This document shows, one piece after another, positions 9,062 to 17,304 of a stretch of DNA of 64,000 nucleotides. The stretch spans positions 64,001 to 128,000 of IMG/VR virus record IMGVR_UViG_3300027708_000025; one strand, written 5' to 3'. Each line of letters starts with the position of its first letter. The stretch's first letter is position 1. A program made the translations under genes and the position numbers. This stretch comes from a virus. The notes under the pieces were generated by a model, which saw only the letters and a list, made by a program, of their open reading frames with translations, searched no databases and was not told the origin of the DNA.

Positions 9062-10897
9062 TTATTTTGCCGTATCTTTCAATTCAGGATTGATTTCAAT
9101 TGGTTCTCTTTTACCTGTCAATTGATCGCCTTTTTGAACTGTAGCCTTGTTAGGTGCTTCTTCATTCTTTGTTTTTTTTCTCATGTCTTTCCATGACTTC
9201 TTTTTAGCTTCAGTTACAATTTCAGTTTGTTCTTTGTTTAGAAGATTGTGATAGCGAACTGCTTTCTTCAAGTCTTTGCTTGCGTTTGCATTCTTTGGAT
9301 CACCTGCTTTGTCAAAATGATCGTCTGCTTTTTGTTGTGCTTCATTACCACGTTTGAGTTTATTAAGTTTGTCTTTAATAGTGGCTATGATGCTTTCAGA
9401 CATTTTTGGTTTCTTACCAGCCTTCTTCATTGCGATAGCGATAGCCGCTTGCTGTGCTGGTGATGCCGCTTCTTTAGCCAAACGCTTTTCTGCTCTGTCT
9501 TGTCCAATGCTTCTCATTGAAAATTTGTGTCCCGCTTTATTTGCAGACTTTGGATCGTTGTCTCTAATTCCTTTACCAATCTTGTTGAACTGATCGCCCT
9601 GATCTTTTTCAGATTTCTTAGCATAAGAGTGCAATGTGTCTTTGTTCAATTCGTCTAACTGAATCTCTTCGATGTACATGTTCAACTCATACTTGTGATT
9701 GTCCATATTGTACACTTGAAGGTGTAATTTCTTTTTAGATTCTTTGCCATCTTTCATTAGATTGACAGAGAATGAATTTGTTTTACCAGCAGATGGTTTC
9801 TTAGGACCAGTAGCAACTTTATCGTGCCAATCGTCCATGTCTACTTCAAAGCCACGCTTCTCTGCTTGTTTGATTGCTGTCTGTACTGCTGTGGAATAAT
9901 CTTTATGATAAACTTCGTAGTCAGATTTTGCTTCATCCATACGCCCATTAGATGCAAGTCTTTCTTTACGTCTTTGTGCGGCAAAGTCAGCACCTTGTGG
10001 TTTCTTTTTATTGCGAATTGCGGCTAAGTCAAAGCCATCAATCTTGCCGTTCTTGTTCTTGTCAAGTGCTTTTTGTTTTGGTGATAATTCTTCACCACGC
10101 AACTTTGCTAAATCAGAACCATCAATCTTGCCGTTCTTATTTTTATCTAATGCTTTTTGTTTTGGTGACAACTCTTCATTCTTTCGTTTTGCATAGTATG
10201 CGGCAAGAGCCATTTTCTTTCTCATCTCTTTAGACTTACCAGCAAACTTAGGATTATCAGAGTGTACAAAATCGTGAATAAAATCACCGGCGGTTGCATC
10301 TTTAGCAAGAACTTCAGCCAATTCAATATCTAATTCTTCATTTGTTTTCTTAGCATCATTGTCAAATTGCTTTCTAGTTGCTTTGATAATGCCAGAGAAA
10401 CGCTTGTTACCTTTTTTGATATCGCCTGCTTTGTCTGCGGCTGATGCATCAGCGCCAGCTTTCTTTTTGTAGTCTGCTAGTTTGTCGGTTGACAACTCAT
10501 CAATTTGCACTTCTTCTTTTTTCATGCTCTTTCTCATAACACGATTCTGTGCAAGTTTAGATACAAATTTTACATTTGCATCAGCAAGAGATTTTAAAGA
10601 TTTTAAATCTAATTTATCAAGCATAGCAATTAATTTCTTGTATGTGTCGCTATCCGGATCGATTGTATTAATCTTAGAGTACTCTGCTTTCAAAGCGGCA
10701 ATTTGAGATGCGCTAAATGATTCTGTCATTGTTTCTTCCTTCTGTAAAGATTTTTTTTGTGCTGAAAGTGCTTGACGTTCTTTATCTTGTTTCATACGTA
10801 ACTGAATCATTTTCAATGATAATTGGGCACGTTTTTCAGCAGTTTTATCTGCAATCGCTGTACCTGATCCAACTTTTGCTTCTTCTATATTTTTCAT
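9062..10897 (-). CDS. Modular Lys/Ala-rich putative internal head protein
   Basis: Start MKNIEEAK (GGAG SD); short modules separated by (I/L/M)-x-E; repeated units. Confidence 0.6.
   Translation of the reverse strand: MKNIEEAKVGSGTAIADKTAEKRAQLSLKMIQLRMKQDKERQALSAQKKSLQKEETMTESFSASQIAALKAEYSKINTIDPDSDTYKKLIAMLDKLDLKSLKSLADANVKFVSKLAQNRVMRKSMKKEEVQIDELSTDKLADYKKKAGADASAADKAGDIKKGNKRFSGIIKATRKQFDNDAKKTNEELDIELAEVLAKDATAGDFIHDFVHSDNPKFAGKSKEMRKKMALAAYYAKRKNEELSPKQKALDKNKNGKIDGSDLAKLRGEELSPKQKALDKNKNGKIDGFDLAAIRNKKKPQGADFAAQRRKERLASNGRMDEAKSDYEVYHKDYSTAVQTAIKQAEKRGFEVDMDDWHDKVATGPKKPSAGKTNSFSVNLMKDGKESKKKLHLQVYNMDNHKYELNMYIEEIQLDELNKDTLHSYAKKSEKDQGDQFNKIGKGIRDNDPKSANKAGHKFSMRSIGQDRAEKRLAKEAASPAQQAAIAIAMKKAGKKPKMSESIIATIKDKLNKLKRGNEAQQKADDHFDKAGDPKNANASKDLKKAVRYHNLLNKEQTEIVTEAKKKSWKDMRKKTKNEEAPNKATVQKGDQLTGKREPIEINPELKDTAK
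10020..10180 (-). repeat. Tandem duplication encoding EELSPKQKALDKNKNGKIDG(S/F)DLA
   Basis: Two near-identical ~27-codon units with synonymous differences; EF-hand-like loop DxNxNGxIDxxD. Confidence 0.9.
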
Positions 10898-10910
10898 GCG
10901 TATCTCCACT

Positions 10911-13793
10911 TTAATCTAATTCGCTTACGCTTTTGTCTGAACGCCACATTTGGCAAGACCAGTAGTTTGCTTTCCACTTTGGTCCAGGATTGTCGCAACC
11001 GTGTCTAGCACGATAACTTTTTAATCTTTCAGGATCGTCACGTTTGATTTCCATATTAGGATCACCAAAACGAACGACAACAACTTTACCATTTGGTCCC
11101 ATAGTGTATACACCAAACTTCTTTGGACCATCAGGTGTTCTGAATGGATCATTTAACTTAACAGATTTACCTTGATATTCTGCTTCATTGACAACTTGTT
11201 CCCAATCAACTTCTTCTCCAATTGAATCTTTTTCGCAATCACCGCAACAAGATTGATGATCTGCTGTTTGAATTTCTGTAGGTTGACCTGGAGTATCTGA
11301 GGCATATGCTTTACGCATCGCATCTGTACCCCATTCTAATGCTTCAGCAAATTTAGAAAACGCTTCATTCTTGTTAACCTTAGATGCTAGATCACTATCC
11401 GCACCACCCCATGTTCCTTTACCTTTTGTGATAAAAGAATTCACTCTAGCGAATGCCCATTGTTGTGATGTTGTTCCAGGACGATGGCCACCTTGCCATG
11501 CCGCCATGCCACGATTATATACTGCTTTTAGAATGCTATATGGTATACCAGATTTTTCTGCTTTCTTTTTCAATCCTTCGATTTCTTCTAAGATTGGTTT
11601 GAATTCTTCGTATGCATCACCAAACTCATCTGGTTGCATTTGACTTAGATGCATATCCATTTCTGCACCAGAAAACTCGCCATCATCTTCTTCACCATTA
11701 TCATCAATCTCAAAATTATCATCAAATTCTAGATAGTCACGAACTGTAGCAATGTAATCTTCTGCTTTAGTAATCTTAGATAAAACCCACTCATCAGGCT
11801 CTTCATCCATGTCATCTAACTGTTGGATTAAATCTTCTGCATCATCAATAATGTTAGACAATTGAATTTGTGCCATAGAGATTCCATCCATCTCTGCGGA
11901 ATCATCATATTCATCATCATATTCATTGTCTTCATTCATACCGACAAGTTTCATGCCAGTAACGTCTTGAATTAATTTCCAAGCGGCAGATTGATTTTTA
12001 TCTGCAATAAGTTTTTTAAGTTTTTCTTTTTCTTCTTTTGTTGCAACTTCAAAGAACTTCATCATTTCCATCATGCCAATGTTGCCTTTGTATGCGGCTT
12101 CATCAATAGACTCTTTTACAGTATTGAAATATGCTTCTGCTTCTCTTTTGCTTTTAAATGTCTTAGTCTGACTTGCAACAGAACCAGTTACTTTCCACTC
12201 AATGTGGTCTGTCGTTCTTCCAGCAGGCATTGAAATCTTTTCTATTTTTGGTGTTGTTTTTGTTGCAGGAATAATGTACTTTTTAAATCTATCGTCCACA
12301 GCCTCTTTTTGCAACTGTGTCTTTGTCATTCTAAACAATGCATCGCTTGAAGTTACCATATCAAGTAGCGTTGTCAACAAATCATTTGTGACATTGCGCT
12401 CTGAGGGACTTAACATGTCACCAGATTTTAATTTATCAACAGAACGTTTGATAACTGCAAGAGATTTAGTGTCTGCTAATCCCAAACGAACCAATTGGTC
12501 TAATCTAGAAACTTCTTTTCTTTGCTCTGGAGTTTTTACGCCTTCACCATACATCTGTTTGAATTTTTTTGTAAATTTAGATTGTGGTAAACCTTTTTCT
12601 CTAGCCTCTTTATCTCCAGGTGCATCTTTGTATGCGCTCTTATCTGAATCCGATTTCGGTCCATTTGTCGCAAAGTGTGATGCTCTAGCGTCTTTTGTAT
12701 CTTTGTCTAAACCAACATAATACTTCTTAGGTTGTGTTCCGTCTTTCTTTGCAACATCTTTGTCTTGTGGTAGAATTGGTTTTTCGATAATGAATTCTGC
12801 AAAGATATGATTGATATCTTCTTTGTTCATCATCATGGTTGCTTTACGTACAACTTCAGCGGATCTTGCTTTTGGAAATAAACGAACTGCAAGTTTTTTA
12901 ATAGCAGGTAAAGATTTTTGTAATCTCTTATCAACTGCAATTTTCTCTCCAGTACTTAAGTCTGCATAGTTTTTACCACCAGCAAGTCTTGATCTAAAGA
13001 ACTTGTATGCCATTTTAGTGGCACGACCTTTTAAATGTTTTGTATCTGCAAATCTTTTCATTTGCAATGCTCTAGCACGTTGAATGCGTTTTGACATTCT
13101 ACGTAACTGTTGCGCTCTCTGTCTACGTGCAGAGAAACTTAATACCGCTTCGTCTTGTTGTTCTATTTCTTCGTTCATGCCACCGCCTATGTATTTGTCT
13201 AAAAGTTTTTTCACCTTAGCTTTGTTTTTAGCTTTTGGATATAAATCATCAATGATTTTATCTCTACCTTCTGAGTCTGCGTCTGAATACATTTTTCTAA
13301 CTTGACTACCAGAGAATGCTTCTTTGCCATTAACTTTAAAGTCATGTTTCTTAGTCACAAAAATATATGCGTGTGTCTCAAATGATTCACACTTATCAAT
13401 GCTGACAAATGGTTGATAGTATGCTGGTGAACCATCTTTCTTTGTGTACTTCATGGGATCACGTTCAGAACGAATAAGAATGAGAACATCTTTCTTTTCG
13501 TCATACTTCTTCATAATCTCTTCTGGATTAATAGGCGAAACTGTTTGAACGAAATCGTCTGTAACTCCTGCTTGTTGTGCTAGGAATTCTTTGTCTTTGA
13601 ATGGGATTGGGCGGACTTTTGTGTCATTGCTAGATGCAACATAAAAGTCTGGAGTGTGGAATTTTTGTTTGGCTTGAGTGTAACTACTCAAATGACCGGC
13701 GTGAAATGGCTGAAAGCCACCACCGTATACGACAATTACTTTGCCCTTGGCTTTTGCTTCATCAAGCAATATTGATTCTTTAAACGATTTCAT
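10911..13793 (-). CDS. Multidomain protein: N-terminal HxGH nucleotidyltransferase (cytidylyltransferase-like) followed by many small modules
   Basis: GGGFQPFHAGH and SGSQVR motifs; later modules include YNRGMAAW..GHRPG...WAFARVNSF and FGDPNMEIK...RARHGC...YWSC. Confidence 0.75.
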   Translation of the reverse strand: MKSFKESILLDEAKAKGKVIVVYGGGFQPFHAGHLSSYTQAKQKFHTPDFYVASSNDTKVRPIPFKDKEFLAQQAGVTDDFVQTVSPINPEEIMKKYDEKKDVLILIRSERDPMKYTKKDGSPAYYQPFVSIDKCESFETHAYIFVTKKHDFKVNGKEAFSGSQVRKMYSDADSEGRDKIIDDLYPKAKNKAKVKKLLDKYIGGGMNEEIEQQDEAVLSFSARRQRAQQLRRMSKRIQRARALQMKRFADTKHLKGRATKMAYKFFRSRLAGGKNYADLSTGEKIAVDKRLQKSLPAIKKLAVRLFPKARSAEVVRKATMMMNKEDINHIFAEFIIEKPILPQDKDVAKKDGTQPKKYYVGLDKDTKDARASHFATNGPKSDSDKSAYKDAPGDKEAREKGLPQSKFTKKFKQMYGEGVKTPEQRKEVSRLDQLVRLGLADTKSLAVIKRSVDKLKSGDMLSPSERNVTNDLLTTLLDMVTSSDALFRMTKTQLQKEAVDDRFKKYIIPATKTTPKIEKISMPAGRTTDHIEWKVTGSVASQTKTFKSKREAEAYFNTVKESIDEAAYKGNIGMMEMMKFFEVATKEEKEKLKKLIADKNQSAAWKLIQDVTGMKLVGMNEDNEYDDEYDDSAEMDGISMAQIQLSNIIDDAEDLIQQLDDMDEEPDEWVLSKITKAEDYIATVRDYLEFDDNFEIDDNGEEDDGEFSGAEMDMHLSQMQPDEFGDAYEEFKPILEEIEGLKKKAEKSGIPYSILKAVYNRGMAAWQGGHRPGTTSQQWAFARVNSFITKGKGTWGGADSDLASKVNKNEAFSKFAEALEWGTDAMRKAYASDTPGQPTEIQTADHQSCCGDCEKDSIGEEVDWEQVVNEAEYQGKSVKLNDPFRTPDGPKKFGVYTMGPNGKVVVVRFGDPNMEIKRDDPERLKSYRARHGCDNPGPKWKANYWSCQMWRSDKSVSELD

Positions 13794-13857
13794 GTGTAAT
13801 AGAGTTTTCCGTAGACTTATCTGTACAGGTTTGCCTTAGCCTAACTGCGTTATAGTT

Positions 13858-13865
13858 TATTTATA
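13858..13865 (-). promoter_or_regulatory. T4-type late promoter
   Basis: TATAAATA 65 nt upstream of the 960-aa gene. Confidence 0.8.
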
Positions 13866-13883
13866 ATAATATCAAATTACATT

Positions 13884-14942
13884 TTAATGTGGTGCATAAA
13901 TGCCTTTGCCGACTTCCAAATAAAATTTAGCTTCATTTGCTGGAGGTGGTCTCAATTTCGTTCGAATTTGAAATATAGGAACATCAGTTTTTTTGTCTTT
14001 AAATACTAAATTATTTCCATTTGATACTGCGGTTAGCTGAACCGTTTTTCTTAAATTATTAAAATACTCTACGGTAATTTCTTTCAACCCTGAGGAATTA
14101 ACATCAACTACGTCAGACAAATCAGAACCAAAAATACTCTTAGATAAAAAGTCCAAGGCATTTTTTGTGAACTGAGGTTTATTAGATTCTTTTATGATTT
14201 CTGTTTTTAAATCATTATACAGAGATGTTATCAATTCAAACTTTGCTTTTTGTTCTACGGGACCGAAAAATGGTTTTGATAATCTAACGTAATCTTCTTT
14301 GGCTGTCCATTTTATACCCAATGCGTCTGCTATGTCTAACATGCCGTTATACGGAGATAAATTTGCTACAGTAACACTTTCTGATTTTAATGAAAATGGT
14401 AATGATCCAGCAATTAGTTTTTTAGTGGAACCTTTTCTAACTGCATGTACTTCTAATGTAACATCGCCCTTAAGTTCTCCTCCGCTAGCCTCTCCAGCAA
14501 TACCATCTGATATTACCATAAATGTAACCACTTCTCCATAATTATTATCTAAAAAGTAATTTACAGCACCAGCGGCTCTTTTAACAAAGTTTGCTGTAGT
14601 TGTGGCTTCGATAAGTTTGTCAATTTTTTTATTAATATTACCAATGTCTTTAGATGATTTATACAGGACTTCATATTCTTTGTCGAATGCTCCAACAACG
14701 GACTCTGGCTTCAAACGCATTTCAAATCCAACATTAAAAAAGTCTGGAGGGTTTTGGCCCTTCTGCCTCATGTGATTTTCAACTACGGAATATTTAAATC
14801 TTCCAGTACTAAATATTTTGGTGTCAATTTTAGTACGAATTTTATTCAATTCATTCTTATCAACTTTTCCATATGCAAGATATAGAGACAAGGCAATAGT
14901 AAAAATTCCCTCAATAACATCACCTTCATTTAATTTAGCCAC
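13884..14942 (-). CDS. Putative PD-(D/E)xK restriction-endonuclease-fold protein
   Basis: N-terminal helix E (NEGDVIEG), KGDV...FSLK catalytic-like motif; AGGAG SD. Confidence 0.45.
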   Translation of the reverse strand: MAKLNEGDVIEGIFTIALSLYLAYGKVDKNELNKIRTKIDTKIFSTGRFKYSVVENHMRQKGQNPPDFFNVGFEMRLKPESVVGAFDKEYEVLYKSSKDIGNINKKIDKLIEATTTANFVKRAAGAVNYFLDNNYGEVVTFMVISDGIAGEASGGELKGDVTLEVHAVRKGSTKKLIAGSLPFSLKSESVTVANLSPYNGMLDIADALGIKWTAKEDYVRLSKPFFGPVEQKAKFELITSLYNDLKTEIIKESNKPQFTKNALDFLSKSIFGSDLSDVVDVNSSGLKEITVEYFNNLRKTVQLTAVSNGNNLVFKDKKTDVPIFQIRTKLRPPPANEAKFYLEVGKGIYAPH

Positions 14943-14964
14943 ATTACTCTCCTTCTTTTAATTA

Positions 14965-15288
14965 TTATACACTAAAACTACTGCCACAACCGCAAGTGTG
15001 TTTTGCATTTGGATTAGTAATTACAAATTCTTTTCGCATAAACTCATCTTTGTAGTCTATGTTTGCATCTTGTAAATATTGCATACTCATTGCATCAATT
15101 AAAACTCTAAATTCGTCTAGAGGAAATTCAAAATCATCATCATTCTTAACTTCGTCCATTGTAAATCCGTAATTGAATCCAGAACATCCACCACCCACAA
15201 CAAACGTTCGTAGTGAAATGTTTGGATTGTTTTCTTCTCGTAACAAGTCTATGATCTTAGACTTTGCAACATCTGTTATTGTAATCAT
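14965..15288 (-). CDS. erpA: A-type Fe-S carrier (ErpA/IscA, HesB family)
   Basis: GGGCSGFNYGF, NPNAKHTCGCGSSF. Confidence 0.9.
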   Translation of the reverse strand: MITITDVAKSKIIDLLREENNPNISLRTFVVGGGCSGFNYGFTMDEVKNDDDFEFPLDEFRVLIDAMSMQYLQDANIDYKDEFMRKEFVITNPNAKHTCGCGSSFSV

Positions 15289-15640
15289 TTATGGCCGCCT
15301 TTATAGCATCTTCTGCAAGTATTGAACAATGAATTTTAACCGGTGGTAAGGCAAGTTCTTCAGCAATTTGTGAATTAGATATCTTTCCTGCTTCGTCAAG
15401 TGTTCTGCCCTTGACCCACTCTGTGACAAGACTGCTGGATGCAATTGCACTTCCACAGCCGTATGTTTTGAATTTTGCATCTGTAATTATTCCTTCTTCT
15501 ACTTTAATTTGAAGTTTCATAACATCGCCACATGCTGGCGCACCCACCATACCAGTGCCTATGTTATCAGCATCTTTATCAAATGATCCCACATTTCGTG
15601 GATTTTCGTAATGATCTAAAACTTTTTGAGAATATGACAT
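15257..15640 (-). CDS. iscU: Fe-S cluster scaffold IscU
   Basis: DHYENPRNVG, APACGDVM, GCGSAIASSS, LPPVKIHCS. Confidence 0.97.
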   Translation of the reverse strand: MSYSQKVLDHYENPRNVGSFDKDADNIGTGMVGAPACGDVMKLQIKVEEGIITDAKFKTYGCGSAIASSSLVTEWVKGRTLDEAGKISNSQIAEELALPPVKIHCSILAEDAIKAAINDYNNRCCKV

Positions 15641-15704
15641 ATTTGCCGTTAAAAATAGTTACCCGATGTATACATAAAGGTGTCCGGTTTCAATTTAAAC
15701 CTTA

Positions 15705-16931
15705 TTACCTCTGCCAACCTTTAATGATATCAGGTGAGAAGTTTGCATAGCTGAATTGCATTCTGTCAACTAACTTGACTGCATTGCCTTTGATCTTGTC
15801 AATAGCAACATACCCCTCAACACCAGTTACTTCGTAACCTTTTTTAGTCAACAAGAAAGTATTCAACGTCTTAACTTCATCCATTTTCTTAATCAAAATC
15901 AACTTCGCTTCTGCTAATAGATTCATCATTGTGAAAATGTCTTCTAAATGTGATTTGTTTTTTGGCGAGAAGAATTTAAGTACTTTGCTTTTCTTTAGCA
16001 TCTGAGTAGCACGACCACGTTCACCTTTACCTTCAGCCTGTTTCTCGTAGTAATCTTCAATGTATGTAATCAATTCTTTAACGTGCGCTTTGACGTTTGT
16101 GATTTTCAACTGTTGACGTACTTTTGAATTGTTGAATGTCTTAATGCGTTCAATCAAATCTTCATCTGTATTAATGTAGTTTAGAGTAGCGGCATCTAAT
16201 TTTTGGAATATCTTTCCAGCATCAGATAGAATTGCTGTCACTTCGTCACTCTCTGCTTGTGTCAACGTAGCTTTACCAGACACATCGTGATAGACTGCAC
16301 TTGTCATCCAAACGTTTGAATTTTTTGTAAGTGTGCTTAGAATGTCTTTACCAAAGACTGCTGATAGTGTCTCAAACGAATCACCTTCGTAAATTGTATG
16401 CCAAACGATACCAATCTTTGCTTTTTGTATCTCTTTAGCAAGTTCAGTTTCTGTCGGTACTGCATAGACTAAAGTATTTGGATGAAACGTAACATACGAT
16501 TCACCTTCAATTGTTTCTGTCTTTAAGTCTGCTTGTGTGAATAGCAAGTCGCCTTGAATGACACCTTTGATGTTGATCTTAGGCAAATACATCAAACATG
16601 CTTTGAGTTTGTCTGCTAAGTCGCCAGATGTGTCTGCATCAACTTCTGCTGGAGTTTTATACACTTTGGGATTTTTATTGAAGACGCCTTTTTTCGCAAC
16701 AAAGAATTTGCCGTCTGTTGGGTCTTGTCCTGCAAAGACTGCTGGCGCACCATCCCACTTGACTGAAATGTCAACTTTGCTTTTGGAATGTCCAGCAAGC
16801 ATATCACGCACCGCTCTGAGTGCGTTTATGCTATCTCTAGTACCTTCAACACCACCATTGAGAACATCGTCTTCCGCATGTTCCATGTGAGTGTTTTTCT
16901 TTTCAATAAGGTATTCTTTAAATTTAAACAT
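15705..16931 (-). CDS. DUF6267-like protein; ligase/nucleotidyltransferase-like motifs
   Basis: NTHMEHAED N-terminus; VKWDG, QGDLLF, EGYV, VKLVDR motifs. Confidence 0.65.
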   Translation of the reverse strand: MFKFKEYLIEKKNTHMEHAEDDVLNGGVEGTRDSINALRAVRDMLAGHSKSKVDISVKWDGAPAVFAGQDPTDGKFFVAKKGVFNKNPKVYKTPAEVDADTSGDLADKLKACLMYLPKINIKGVIQGDLLFTQADLKTETIEGESYVTFHPNTLVYAVPTETELAKEIQKAKIGIVWHTIYEGDSFETLSAVFGKDILSTLTKNSNVWMTSAVYHDVSGKATLTQAESDEVTAILSDAGKIFQKLDAATLNYINTDEDLIERIKTFNNSKVRQQLKITNVKAHVKELITYIEDYYEKQAEGKGERGRATQMLKKSKVLKFFSPKNKSHLEDIFTMMNLLAEAKLILIKKMDEVKTLNTFLLTKKGYEVTGVEGYVAIDKIKGNAVKLVDRMQFSYANFSPDIIKGWQR

Positions 16932-16964
16932 AATAGGTCTGTCGTTGCAATAGACCTATTTATA
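16932..16964 (-). promoter_or_regulatory. Late promoter overlapping a hairpin that abuts the start codon
   Basis: TATAAATA at 16957-16964; inverted repeat AATAGGTCT/AGACCTATT (16932-40, 16952-60). Confidence 0.75.
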
Positions 16965-16965
16965 A

Positions 16966-17304
16966 TTATCTTCGCATCAATGCTTGATCTTTTGCGTCAT
17001 CATTAGAAAAAATAGGAACTGCATTGCTTTTGTGCAACGTGCCGATGCCAATCATCTTGTCACCAGTGTAAACTTTTCCATAAACAGGCTTAGTGCAATT
17101 GTCGCCAACTGTAGCTAAACTGGGATAGTTGGGAGTTTCACGAATGTTTGCTTTTGGGGGTTTGTATGCTTCTACTATCTTAGGCTTTTTGAAACCTTTA
17201 GAAAATGAAGTTGTCGGAAGATTCTTTAGCCAAGTTTCATACTCTGCAACTTTCTTTGCAGGAGTTTTTTTCTTCTTTGATTTTTGATATGTGTAAATTA
17301 ACAT
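16966..17304 (-). CDS. Basic conserved phage hypothetical protein
   Basis: C-terminal YTG..MIGIGTLHKSNAVPIF motif resembles one seen in T4-like phages. Confidence 0.7.
   Translation of the reverse strand: MLIYTYQKSKKKKTPAKKVAEYETWLKNLPTTSFSKGFKKPKIVEAYKPPKANIRETPNYPSLATVGDNCTKPVYGKVYTGDKMIGIGTLHKSNAVPIFSNDDAKDQALMRR

Noticed and set aside
13820-13845. GGCAAACC resembling the start of a c-di-GMP-I (GEMM) riboswitch
   Set aside because: Lacks the GNRA-capped P2, the GACGCAAAGC segment and P3; too short
15641-15704. Possible IscR operator upstream of iscU (palindrome ATGTATACAT)
   Set aside because: Does not match type 1 or type 2 IscR consensus as I know them, and no sigma70 promoter is evident
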